64,000 nt of DNA from NCBI GenBank assembly GCA_038882935.1, contig JAVZNF010000003.1:1-64000 (forward strand), read 5' to 3'. How positions within the stretch are numbered: position 1 is the stretch's first letter; each line of letters begins with the position of its first letter. The DNA comes from Archaeoglobaceae archaeon. GTDB taxonomy: Archaea; Halobacteriota; Archaeoglobi; Archaeoglobales; Archaeoglobaceae. The position numbers and the translations under genes are program-made. The notes beneath the pieces were generated by a model. The model had not been told where the DNA came from, searched no databases, and saw only the letters and a program-made list of their open reading frames with translations. Below are positions 29,601 to 38,197 of the stretch, piece after piece.

Positions 29601-30062
29601 ATGCAGATCGGGGTTGTTGGCTCTGGAAGTTGCGATGAAGAGCTCTATGCCATCGCTTTTAGGGTTGGACAGCTCATCGCGGAAAAAGGTCATGTGCTCG
29701 TAAACGGTGGTCTGGGTGGTGTGATGGAGGCGAGTGCAATGGGTGCAAAGAGCAGGAACGGAATCACAGTTGGCATTCTGCCGAGAAAGGCGAAGGATGC
29801 GAATCCATACATCGACATAAAGATCGCTACCGACATGGGGCATGCTAGGAACGTCGTAATCGTTCATTCTTCGGATGCGATAATCTCAATTGGAGGCGAA
29901 TACGGAACGATCTCCGAGATTGCGATTGCCTTAAAAGAAGGAAAACCCGTTGCATCGATAAAGCCAAAGGTGGTAATAGAGGGGATGCGGATTTTCCAAA
30001 ACCCCGAAGAAGCGGTTGAATTTGTGATCGAGGCGGTAAAAAATCAAATTAGTTCGAAGTGA
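29601..30062 (+). CDS. LOG-family / TIGR00725-type Rossmann-fold nucleotide-binding protein
   Basis: 153 aa with VVGSGS...GHVLVNGGLGGVMEA and the PGGYGT-like SIGGEYGTISE. Confidence 0.7.
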   Translation: MQIGVVGSGSCDEELYAIAFRVGQLIAEKGHVLVNGGLGGVMEASAMGAKSRNGITVGILPRKAKDANPYIDIKIATDMGHARNVVIVHSSDAIISIGGEYGTISEIAIALKEGKPVASIKPKVVIEGMRIFQNPEEAVEFVIEAVKNQISSK

Positions 30063-30355
30063 ACTATTGTTACAAACTCTGACTCGTCGATCTCGCCGTA
30101 AATTTTTTTCAAGGCCCTTATCAGCTCATCTTTTCCCGAAAACCCATCTACAATCGCATCTTCGTCGCTTAGCTCCGAGACGCGCTTAACCACGACTTTT
30201 TTAACTTTAGCCATTGCGAATGGCTTGCTGTCAACGGTAAGCTCCACAATTTTTCCCACTGGGTAGCTTCGGATGCCTCTTCTTATCGTTGTTTTCTTTG
30301 CTCTGCTCAGTATCGCTGGCACGAATTCGGTATCGAAATTTATGCGCTCCATCAC
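30044..30355 (-). CDS. ASCH (PUA-like) domain protein
   Basis: 103 aa. FVPAILSRAKKTTIRR is ASCH-like. The start forms a TGATG overlap with the encapsulin stop. Confidence 0.6.
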   Translation of the reverse strand: MMERINFDTEFVPAILSRAKKTTIRRGIRSYPVGKIVELTVDSKPFAMAKVKKVVVKRVSELSDEDAIVDGFSGKDELIRALKKIYGEIDESEFVTIVHFELI

Positions 30356-31362
30356 TCGAGAACTACAACTGCGTTTGGATTCTTCAACCTTAGATCTATC
30401 GCCTCCATGGCAATGAAGGCAATCTTATCTCCCTCCGGACCCAGCTCTCTGATTTCGAGATCTTGCCCAACCACGATGTCCGCACAACTCGGCGTGTTCG
30501 CAAAAACCACGACTTTCTCCTCGATCGCTGGTGTTACGATTATCCCACCGGTGAACACTTCTTTCAGAATTTCAACGACCATTTTTCCCCCTTTTTCGTG
30601 AACTTTCAGCAGTTTCGAGAATCTCTCTGGGCTCAGAATTACTGCATATGGTCCTGCAGACACTTTTGCCACTTCTCTCATCGCTTTCAACAGCTCTTCA
30701 ATGCACTCATCGCTTTTTTCCCAACTACCAAGCTTCATCTTCTTCCCAGCCATGAAACCTTCGATTATTTGTCTCTCTTCTGCCCTAACAAGCATCTCTC
30801 CCGCTCTAACTGCGATCGAAGGATCGAAACTACCATCGCTTAGCTCTCTAAGCCCTACAAGGAACCTCTGCGTTATCAAAGGAATCGCCTTGAACTCTTG
30901 GCGAACAACCTTCACTTCACCATCTCCCTCGATCACATCAACCCTGTAGGATTGCGCAGACACCTTTGTCTTTGGTATTAGATTCATCAATTTTCTGCAT
31001 CTCGTAACCCCTTCCATGAAAGAGCTACTTAGGACTGCGAGATAGTTTTGTTCACCTCCATCGAGCGCAGTTTTTATGCCTGTCTTCTCCTCCACTTCTT
31101 TAAAACCGCCTTTCAACTCGCTCACTTGCTCAGCATCGAGGTTGAGCAGAAGAGCTGTGAACTCACCAACGTGCGCTTTTTCCTCCCTTGCAACATCAAG
31201 AAATATCTTCTTGCAGTTCTCATCTGGGCTAAACCTCGCCATCTGCTCGTATAAGCTGATTGCATCGAGCTCAGCCGAGATTGCAAGGCGCAAAGCCTCC
31301 ATAAGCTCTTCTCTACTGTATGGCTTGTCCCTAACAACCAAAGTTGGATTAATCGATAGCAT
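30352..31362 (-). CDS. family-1 encapsulin shell protein with a fused N-terminal ferritin-like (EncFtn/Flp) domain
   Basis: 336 aa. The N-terminal roughly 100 aa carry LAISAELDAISLYEQMA...VAREEKAHVGEF (EExxH diiron-like). The C-terminal part aligns with T. maritima encapsulin: GPYAVILSPERF with GPYTLVINTDRW, TGGIIVTPAIEE with GGKIITTPRIED, IVVGQDLEI with LILGQDLSI, and the end LRLKNPNAVVVLE with QVVNPEALILLKF. Confidence 0.8.
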   Translation of the reverse strand: MLSINPTLVVRDKPYSREELMEALRLAISAELDAISLYEQMARFSPDENCKKIFLDVAREEKAHVGEFTALLLNLDAEQVSELKGGFKEVEEKTGIKTALDGGEQNYLAVLSSSFMEGVTRCRKLMNLIPKTKVSAQSYRVDVIEGDGEVKVVRQEFKAIPLITQRFLVGLRELSDGSFDPSIAVRAGEMLVRAEERQIIEGFMAGKKMKLGSWEKSDECIEELLKAMREVAKVSAGPYAVILSPERFSKLLKVHEKGGKMVVEILKEVFTGGIIVTPAIEEKVVVFANTPSCADIVVGQDLEIRELGPEGDKIAFIAMEAIDLRLKNPNAVVVLE

Positions 31363-31411
31363 AACAATCGCTTAATCGCTTCTTTATAAAACTTTCCAGG
31401 GATTGCGCAAA

Positions 31412-32356
31412 TCAAAACTCTTTCCAGAGCCCGTTCAGCTTCCAGAGAACTTTCTTTGCAATCTCTATTTCTCTCAAATCAACCTTTTCACGTGTCGTGT
31501 GACAATCCCTAAGCTCTCCCGGTCCCCAGACAACGACGTCGAACTTCTTTACAAGGTTGCAGGCATCGGTCCAAGAGGGCATAACCGTAAACTCTGGCTC
31601 AAATCCCGCGTTGCGGATCGCTCTTGCAAGGATTTCCGCAACTTTCCCGCTGTAGAATCCATCCACCGCTTCAAGTATCACTATCTCTGCATCGACTTTT
31701 CTCAGCTCTTCCATCGCCGACGAGAGCTGATTTGGTTCGAGCAGGAAATCAAATCTAGCTGTGCAGTACTCTGGAATAACGTATTCATAGCCTCCACCAT
31801 CGATTCGAAGAATGCTGACCCTGAACTTCTTTGAAAGCCGAAGGTATGCGTTTATTGCTTTTTCAATTGCATTCGTTCCGTGCTCGGGCATAGAAGCGTG
31901 ACAAGGAAAGCCTTTGAACGTCAGATCAGCCTCGATACAACCAAAATGCTTCGACGCAATCCTCAAATTCGTCGGCTCCATCACCACGGCATATTTACCA
32001 TTCCAGTAACTCAAAAACTCCTTTGAACCCTTTCCCGTCTCTTCCTCTTCGCAAAAGAAGGCCATCGCATAATCAACGCCTTTCTCCGCAACCTCAAGCA
32101 TCGCAGTCAAACTTGCTTTTGCGTCCGCAACTCCTGTACCGTAGGCGAAACCATCCTCTATTCTGAACTCCGCCTTGATCGGAACTGTGTCTAAATGAGT
32201 TGCAACTACAAATTCGCTTTTTCTGTTCACCAAGAGGAAAGATTCGCTCTCAAAAACTTCGTAGCCACGCTCCTCTAAGAAGTTTCGGACAAACTCCTTT
32301 ATCTCTCCCTCCTTCCCGCTCGGGGAAGGGATTTCCATGAGTTTCTTGAGGAGCAC
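31412..32356 (-). CDS. M20-family metallopeptidase / ArgE-DapE-LysK-like deacylase
   Basis: 314 aa with EIPSPSGKEGE, ATHLDTVP and GVADAKAS motifs. Confidence 0.75.
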   Translation of the reverse strand: MLLKKLMEIPSPSGKEGEIKEFVRNFLEERGYEVFESESFLLVNRKSEFVVATHLDTVPIKAEFRIEDGFAYGTGVADAKASLTAMLEVAEKGVDYAMAFFCEEEETGKGSKEFLSYWNGKYAVVMEPTNLRIASKHFGCIEADLTFKGFPCHASMPEHGTNAIEKAINAYLRLSKKFRVSILRIDGGGYEYVIPEYCTARFDFLLEPNQLSSAMEELRKVDAEIVILEAVDGFYSGKVAEILARAIRNAGFEPEFTVMPSWTDACNLVKKFDVVVWGPGELRDCHTTREKVDLREIEIAKKVLWKLNGLWKEF

Positions 32357-32395
32357 TTCAAAGGGTTTAAAAGCAGGAATTTAAATTTTCCGTCT

Positions 32396-32860
32396 GTGAT
32401 AAGGGTGGTTCGGGAAAGTGATGCGATTGCTTTCGTTGAAAGCTATCTTCTCAGCTACAAAGGGCTCGAAGAATACGCATACAAAACGAGAAGAGAAGTT
32501 AAGAACTACTTCAAGTGGCTGTTAAAAAGAGACTCCGATGGATTTATGGTTGCAGAAGAGAGAGGAAGAGTTCTCGGGTTTGTAGCGTGCGATACAAACT
32601 GGTTTAGTTTGTTCGAACTGAAAAAAGTTGGAGAAATTCACGAGATCTTCGTTGTTCCTGGATTCAGAATGAAGGGTATTGGCTCAAAGCTACTCGAGTC
32701 CGCAATCAACTACGCAATACAAAAGGAGAGAGAAGTCATGGAACTTTGGGTTGGGGAGAGAAACGAGGTTGCAAAGGTTTTCTATAAGAAAAAAGGATTC
32801 AGAACTGCTGGAAAAGTTGGAAAATGGGTGAGGATGACCAAAGAACTTGTTACAGATTAA
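32396..32860 (+). CDS. GNAT-family N-acetyltransferase
   Basis: 154 aa. IFVVPGFRMKGIGSKLLESAINYA is the acetyl-CoA binding motif. Confidence 0.8.
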   Translation: MIRVVRESDAIAFVESYLLSYKGLEEYAYKTRREVKNYFKWLLKRDSDGFMVAEERGRVLGFVACDTNWFSLFELKKVGEIHEIFVVPGFRMKGIGSKLLESAINYAIQKEREVMELWVGERNEVAKVFYKKKGFRTAGKVGKWVRMTKELVTD

Positions 32861-33108
32861 TACCTTGCTTTTTATTCACATGAATTTAATCGCCATTTAT
32901 CTCCGAGATTGTTTACTTTCAGAGCAAGCGAGTTTGTGTAAGAGGATCGAAGTTGTCAATGTTGCGATATAAAGTGGGACAGGGATCGGATGCGGTTTGC
33001 ATCTGGATCATATCACTCTGCTCAATGCTCTTGAATCCCCTAAAAATTTTATAGCCAAAATTTTGAAAAGTTTTTAAGAATTACAGAAGGTCTCCATAAA
33101 CAACCTTT

Positions 33109-33693
33109 TTAATCACTCGCAGGAAAAGGCTTAATCCTCAGCTTCATGAACTCTTCCTTAATCTCGACATTGTATCCTATAAATGGCAAGACGATCTCTA
33201 AAAAGCTCTTTACAAAATTCTTTAGGAATTCACTGCTAAGCACAAGCGTATATTCTCCATCCTTTGCTGTAAATCTGAACAAATTGCAAGCTTCAAGCCT
33301 TCTGAGGACATATTCAAGATCCTTTCCTGCAAATTCGTCGGCGTGAGCTCTTGCTATGTCTCTGTGAATCTCCCAGAATTGCTCTTTCTCAGGATGAGAA
33401 CCAAGAAACTTCATTAATGCTATGAAGTAATCTATATCGAGCACAACGTGTTTTCCATTTCTTAACATCTCAACATATCTCATTATTATTTCCTTTCTGA
33501 CGTTCTTGAGCTCTCTGAATTCGTAGTAAAACTTCAGAACTTCCCTTATTAGCTCGCTTTGTGATTCAAATTCCCCTCTTAGCTCGTTCATAATTTTTAG
33601 GCTCTTCTCATCCAATGCAACCGTTACTCTTACAGGGTTCTTCACAAAAATTAAGAAGAGTCCAGATTTAAAAATTTTTCGTAAAGTGAACAA
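33109..33693 (-). CDS. ribbon-helix-helix (CopG-like) transcriptional regulator with a C-terminal domain of about 150 aa; candidate regulator of the divergent amt-glnK genes
   Basis: [38 protein letters not shown] is an RHH N-terminus. The true start is probably downstream of the annotated Met. Confidence 0.55.
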   Translation of the reverse strand: MFTLRKIFKSGLFLIFVKNPVRVTVALDEKSLKIMNELRGEFESQSELIREVLKFYYEFRELKNVRKEIIMRYVEMLRNGKHVVLDIDYFIALMKFLGSHPEKEQFWEIHRDIARAHADEFAGKDLEYVLRRLEACNLFRFTAKDGEYTLVLSSEFLKNFVKSFLEIVLPFIGYNVEIKEEFMKLRIKPFPASD

Positions 33694-33795
33694 TTTCCTA
33701 AAAGTTATTTAAAATTTTCACGGGAAATTTTGATTTATGAAAAATTAAGAAGACTTATTAAAAAGATTTTTAAATCCACCATTTGCTCAGGATTT

Positions 33796-34965
33796 ATGGA
33801 TGGGGGAGATATTGCTTGGCTTATAACCGCAACTGCGATGGTTATGTTGATGACACCAGCGCTCGGATTGTTCTACGGCGGAATGGTTAGGAGCAAGAAC
33901 GTGATCTCAACGATCACACTTTGCTACTTAGCCTATGCGCTCGTCAGCGTCCAATGGGTGATCATTGGCTACACTCTTGCTTTTGGAGGCGATCAAGCTG
34001 GTTTGATCGGCGGATTTGAGTATTTGGGGCTTCAGAGTTTGAATTTAGTAGATCTTGGTTTTGTGGCATTCCAAATGGTTTTTGCTGGGCTTACAATAGC
34101 GATAGTAGTCTCTGCAATGGTCGAGAGAATTAAGCTGTCCTCCTTTCTGATCTTTGCCCTACTTTGGACTACGCTGGTTTATGATCCAATTGCTCACTGG
34201 GTCTGGGGCGGGGGATGGCTTGCAAAGCTCGGCGCTCTTGATTTTGCAGGTGGCACTGTGGTGCACATAAGCTCAGGATTCTCCGCTTTAGCCTTGGCAC
34301 TTGTAATTGGAAGGAGAAGCAATTTAAAAGGAGTAATTACAGAACCTCACAATGTTCCAATGACTCTGCTCGGCGGTGCTTTGCTCTGGTATGGCTGGTT
34401 CGGCTTCAACGCTGGAAGTGCTCTGCAAGCAAATGAGATAGCCCTTAATGCATTCTTGGTTACAAACACATCTGCAGCTTCAGGAGCATTGGCTTGGATG
34501 TTTGTCTCATGGCTAAAGGGCAGACCTGGTAGCCTTGGAATGATCAGCGGAGCGATTGCGGGGCTTGTTGCGATAACTCCTGCTGCTGGCTACGTAGATG
34601 TGCTGTCTTCAATTGCAATAGGTAGCATCGCTGGAATTGGTTGTTACTTTGCCATGTTGCTTAGAACAAAGCTCGGAATTGATGAAAGCCTTGATGCATG
34701 GGCTATTCATGGTATTGGCGGACTATGGGGGTCGATAGCTACTGGAATATTTGCAAGGATCAACTCGGAAGGTCTGATACTCGGAAACTATTCCCAACTC
34801 TACGCCCAGATAATTGGAGCATTCTCAGGAGCTATCTACGCTTTCGTGGTTACCTTTATACTTGCAAAGCTAATCTCCGCTCTAATAGGGCTAAGAGTTG
34901 AAGAGGCTGAGGAATACGTTGGTCTTAACATTGCCCAACATGGTGAGATAGCTTATTCGAGGTGA
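33796..34965 (+). CDS. amt: ammonium transporter
   Basis: [35 protein letters not shown] is the canonical Amt N-terminus. The start is moved to the internal Met at 33796. Confidence 0.9.
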   Translation: MDGGDIAWLITATAMVMLMTPALGLFYGGMVRSKNVISTITLCYLAYALVSVQWVIIGYTLAFGGDQAGLIGGFEYLGLQSLNLVDLGFVAFQMVFAGLTIAIVVSAMVERIKLSSFLIFALLWTTLVYDPIAHWVWGGGWLAKLGALDFAGGTVVHISSGFSALALALVIGRRSNLKGVITEPHNVPMTLLGGALLWYGWFGFNAGSALQANEIALNAFLVTNTSAASGALAWMFVSWLKGRPGSLGMISGAIAGLVAITPAAGYVDVLSSIAIGSIAGIGCYFAMLLRTKLGIDESLDAWAIHGIGGLWGSIATGIFARINSEGLILGNYSQLYAQIIGAFSGAIYAFVVTFILAKLISALIGLRVEEAEEYVGLNIAQHGEIAYSR

Positions 34966-34970
34966 GTGAG

Positions 34971-35297
34971 ATGAAGATGATCTTGGCAATAATACGCCCG
35001 GAAAAGTTCGAGGAGGTAAAGAACTCGCTGGAGAGAGAAGGTATCTTTGCTTTAGCAACATTTGAGGTAAGAGGGCGTGGAGAGCAGAGGGGAATAAAGC
35101 TCCAGTTCCGAGGCAGAGAAATACAAGTAGACATGCTCGAAAAGCTCGCAGTTATGGTGGTCGTTGATGATGAGATAGCTGAAAAGGCTACAGAGCTCAT
35201 AAAGGAGAGTGCAAGAACTGGAAAGCCCGGAGATGGAAAGATCTTCGTTATTCCAGTTGAGAAGGCGATCAGAATTAGGACTGGAGAAATAAGTTAA
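34971..35297 (+). CDS. glnK: nitrogen regulatory protein P-II
   Basis: MKMILAIIRPEKFEEVKNSLEREGI...T-loop RGRGEQRG. It lies immediately downstream of amt. Confidence 0.92.
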   Translation: MKMILAIIRPEKFEEVKNSLEREGIFALATFEVRGRGEQRGIKLQFRGREIQVDMLEKLAVMVVVDDEIAEKATELIKESARTGKPGDGKIFVIPVEKAIRIRTGEIS

Positions 35298-35298
35298 A

Positions 35299-35320
35299 TT
35301 TTTTATTTTTATATTTTTAG
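35299..35320 (+). terminator. oligo-T archaeal terminator after glnK
   Basis: The tract ttttttatttttatattttt begins directly after the glnK stop. Confidence 0.5.
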
Positions 35321-35412
35321 TCTCCTAATATTTATACAAATCCGTACGTTTGGTTATAAGCCATACGTTTACAATCGTAAAATTTATATTCATTCCCTTT
35401 CGCCATCAAGGG

Positions 35413-35826
35413 ATGAGAATCGTCGTTAAGCCAGAAGTCTGCATGGGATGCCAAATCTGCGAAATCTGGTGCTTGGTAGCGCACTCTATGTCAAAAGACA
35501 TCTTAAATGCCTTCCTTCTGGAGAAGCCAAGAGCGAAGCCAAGGATTGTGGTTGAAAGAAACCTCTCAGAATACCTTATTTTGCAATGCAGAAACTGCGA
35601 AGAGCCGAAGTGCATGTTCGCATGTATCAGCGGGGCGATCTATAGAGACAATGGAGTCCTGAAATACAATGAAGAGAAGTGTGTTTCATGCTTAAGCTGT
35701 GTAATGGCTTGTCCTTATGGTGCTGTGAAGTTTGAAGATGGGAAAATCGTCCGATGCGATCTCTGCAACTTAGATCCTGTCTGCGTAAAAGTCTGCCCAA
35801 ATAAGGCATTGGAAGTGGTTTCATGA
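35413..35826 (+). CDS. 2x[4Fe-4S] ferredoxin-domain protein, first gene of the glutamate synthase operon
   Basis: CMGCQICEIWC, CRNCEEPKC, CVSCLSCVMACP and CDLCNLDPVCVKVCP motifs. The start is taken at MRIVVKPEV; the upstream MVISHTF extension lacks coding character. Confidence 0.75.
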   Translation: MRIVVKPEVCMGCQICEIWCLVAHSMSKDILNAFLLEKPRAKPRIVVERNLSEYLILQCRNCEEPKCMFACISGAIYRDNGVLKYNEEKCVSCLSCVMACPYGAVKFEDGKIVRCDLCNLDPVCVKVCPNKALEVVS

Positions 35827-37100
35827 AGTTCGAAAACGTGATCATCGGTAATTCTTCCGCAGGGATTGGATGCGTTGAGGCGATAAGAGAGATAGACAGC
35901 GATGCAGATATACTCATGGTTTCCGCTGATCGACAGGCGTATTCAAGAGCTCTAATCCCCTATTACCTCAGAGGTAAGATTGAATTAGAGGGTTTGCTTT
36001 ACAGAAGGCAAGAGTTCTTTGAGAGGCTAAACGTTGAAACAAGATTTGGCATTAGAGTTGAGAAGATAGACGCCAACAAGAAGGAAATAACGCTCGAAAA
36101 TGGCGAGATTGTTGGATACGAGAAGCTTCTGATCGCAACTGGCGGAAAACCGTTCATTCCAAAAATTGAAGGGCTGAATGCTCAAGACTTCTTCACTTTC
36201 CAGACGCTCGAAGATGTGCTAAGAATAAAGGAAGCGGTTGAAAAGGCTGAGAGTGCTGTAATTCTTGGCGCTGGCATAATAGGGCTGATGCTTGCGGAAG
36301 CGCTTGTTGAGAAGGGATTAGAAGTTAAAGTTGTGGAACTCGCGGACAGAGTTCTCGCTCCAGTGCTTGATAAAAAGACTTCTGAGATCGTGCAAAGGAA
36401 ATTCGCTGAAAAAGGTGTTGAAATTCTGCTGAACAACACCATCTTAGAGGTGCGAAGGAACGAAAAGAAAATACTAAGGCTAAGGGATGGAAGGGAAATA
36501 GAGACGGATCTACTCGCAATCGCTGTGGGTGTTGTTCCGAACGCTGAATTGGCAAAGAATGCGGGAATAAAGGTAAACAGAGGAATAGTTGTGAACAAAA
36601 GAATGGAAACTTCTGTAAAAGATGTTTACGCTGCAGGAGACTGCGTTGAAATATTCGACAGCATTGCCAAAACGAGTAGAGCAATACCCCTCTGGATCAC
36701 AGCCTACATGGGCGGAAGAATTGCGGGATTTAACATGAGCGGGATTCCAAGGGATCTTAGCTTTGTTACCGCAATGAACTCGATGCACTTCTTCGACTAC
36801 TACATAATCACCGCTGGTCTGAGCAATTCAGAAGATGGTGAAGTGATTTCGAGACTTGAAGGTGATAACTACAGAAGGTTCGTGCTAAGAGATGGAAAGA
36901 TCGTTGGTTTCATAATCGCTGGAAAAGTTGGAAGAGCAGGTATATTCACGAGATTGATGGAAGAAGAATTGGACGTTTCTGGATTTAAGGATAAGCTCCT
37001 TAACGATAACTTCGGCTATGTTGACATTCCTGAAGCAATTAGATGGAATTTGCTAAAGGAAAAGGTAAAGTTTGGGGTGGTAAGGGATGCGTGGATTTGA
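35823..37100 (+). CDS. FAD/NAD(P)-dependent pyridine-nucleotide oxidoreductase lacking a redox-active Cys; proposed NAD(P)H:ferredoxin-type electron donor
   Basis: 425 aa. IIGNSSAGIG binds FAD and ILGAGIIGLMLAEAL binds NAD. The NADH-oxidase active Cys position reads SRALIPYY, so it is not a Nox or CoADR. ATGA overlap with the ferredoxin gene. Confidence 0.75.
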   Translation: MKFENVIIGNSSAGIGCVEAIREIDSDADILMVSADRQAYSRALIPYYLRGKIELEGLLYRRQEFFERLNVETRFGIRVEKIDANKKEITLENGEIVGYEKLLIATGGKPFIPKIEGLNAQDFFTFQTLEDVLRIKEAVEKAESAVILGAGIIGLMLAEALVEKGLEVKVVELADRVLAPVLDKKTSEIVQRKFAEKGVEILLNNTILEVRRNEKKILRLRDGREIETDLLAIAVGVVPNAELAKNAGIKVNRGIVVNKRMETSVKDVYAAGDCVEIFDSIAKTSRAIPLWITAYMGGRIAGFNMSGIPRDLSFVTAMNSMHFFDYYIITAGLSNSEDGEVISRLEGDNYRRFVLRDGKIVGFIIAGKVGRAGIFTRLMEEELDVSGFKDKLLNDNFGYVDIPEAIRWNLLKEKVKFGVVRDAWI

Positions 37101-38187
37101 AAAGGTTCACGACGCCTGTGGGCTCTTTGGAGTTATAGACAAAAGCGGTAGTAGATTTGATTCAGATATGGTTGTTACTGCGATGAAGAACATGAAAGTT
37201 AGGGGCAACGGCTTAGGAGGAGGTTTTGCTGCTTATGGAATTTATCCTGACTTTAAGGATTACTACGCTCTCCACGTTATGCTCGAAACTCCTGAAGTGA
37301 GAAAAGATGTTGAAAGCTTTTTGGAAAAGAACTTCGATGTTGTAAATGCTGAAGAAATACCCACTAATTCGGAGGCAAACGTTTTCAGACCACCGGTGTT
37401 TTGGAGATACTTTGTAATGCCAAAAAACGATGAGGGCGATGACTACGTTGTTTCGAAGGTTATGGAGATAAACACAAAAATAGAGGGAGCTTATGTTATC
37501 TCCTCAGGCAAGAACATGGGTGTATTTAAGGGCGTTGGATTCCCTGAAGACGTGGCGGAGTTTTTCCTGCTCCATGAATACAGGGGTTATATGTGGATTG
37601 GACACTCAAGATTTCCAACGAACACCCCTGGCTGGTGGGGAGGAGCGCATCCCTTCAACATCCTCGATTGGAGCGTTGTGCACAACGGTGAGATCTCATC
37701 CTACGGAACAAACAAGCGCTATTTGGAAATGCGAGGCTACTTCTGCACTCTTTTAACGGACACGGAAGTGATGGCTTACGCAGTAGACTTGCTGATGAGA
37801 AAACAAGGATTACCGATCGAGATCGTGGCAAAGATCTTAGCTCCACCGATGTGGGATCAAATCGACAGGATGGATGAGAAAAGCAAGAAGATCTACACAG
37901 CTCTAAGGATCACATACGCTCCCCTGCTCATCAATGGTCCTTGGACGATCATTGTAGCAAGGCATGGGGAGATGTTTGGGATCACAGATCGCATAAGGCT
38001 AAGACCAATAACTTCAGGAGAGAAGGGAGATCTATTCTTTGTCTCTTCTGAAGAAGCAGCAATAAGGGCTGTATGTGGAGAACTGGATAGAGTTTACACA
38101 CCAATGGGCGGGGAACCAGTAGTTGGAAGACTTTACAAATTTGAAAAAGCGGAGAGAAGGTCTCAGAGAGGTGAAGTTTTTGCTTAA
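37087..38187 (+). CDS. gltB: glutamate synthase glutamine amidotransferase domain (class II, Ntn)
   Basis: The Ntn nucleophile context is CGLFGV and the R-rich class-II GATase fold follows. The Cys sits at position 11, which implies a propeptide. Confidence 0.85.
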   Translation: MRGFEKVHDACGLFGVIDKSGSRFDSDMVVTAMKNMKVRGNGLGGGFAAYGIYPDFKDYYALHVMLETPEVRKDVESFLEKNFDVVNAEEIPTNSEANVFRPPVFWRYFVMPKNDEGDDYVVSKVMEINTKIEGAYVISSGKNMGVFKGVGFPEDVAEFFLLHEYRGYMWIGHSRFPTNTPGWWGGAHPFNILDWSVVHNGEISSYGTNKRYLEMRGYFCTLLTDTEVMAYAVDLLMRKQGLPIEIVAKILAPPMWDQIDRMDEKSKKIYTALRITYAPLLINGPWTIIVARHGEMFGITDRIRLRPITSGEKGDLFFVSSEEAAIRAVCGELDRVYTPMGGEPVVGRLYKFEKAERRSQRGEVFA

Positions 38188-38197
38188 AAAAGATGAA

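Noticed and set aside
33030-33050. tRNA T-arm-like string tcttgaatccc
   Set aside because: There is no matching acceptor stem, D-arm or anticodon arm in the flanking 80 nt, so this is not a tRNA.
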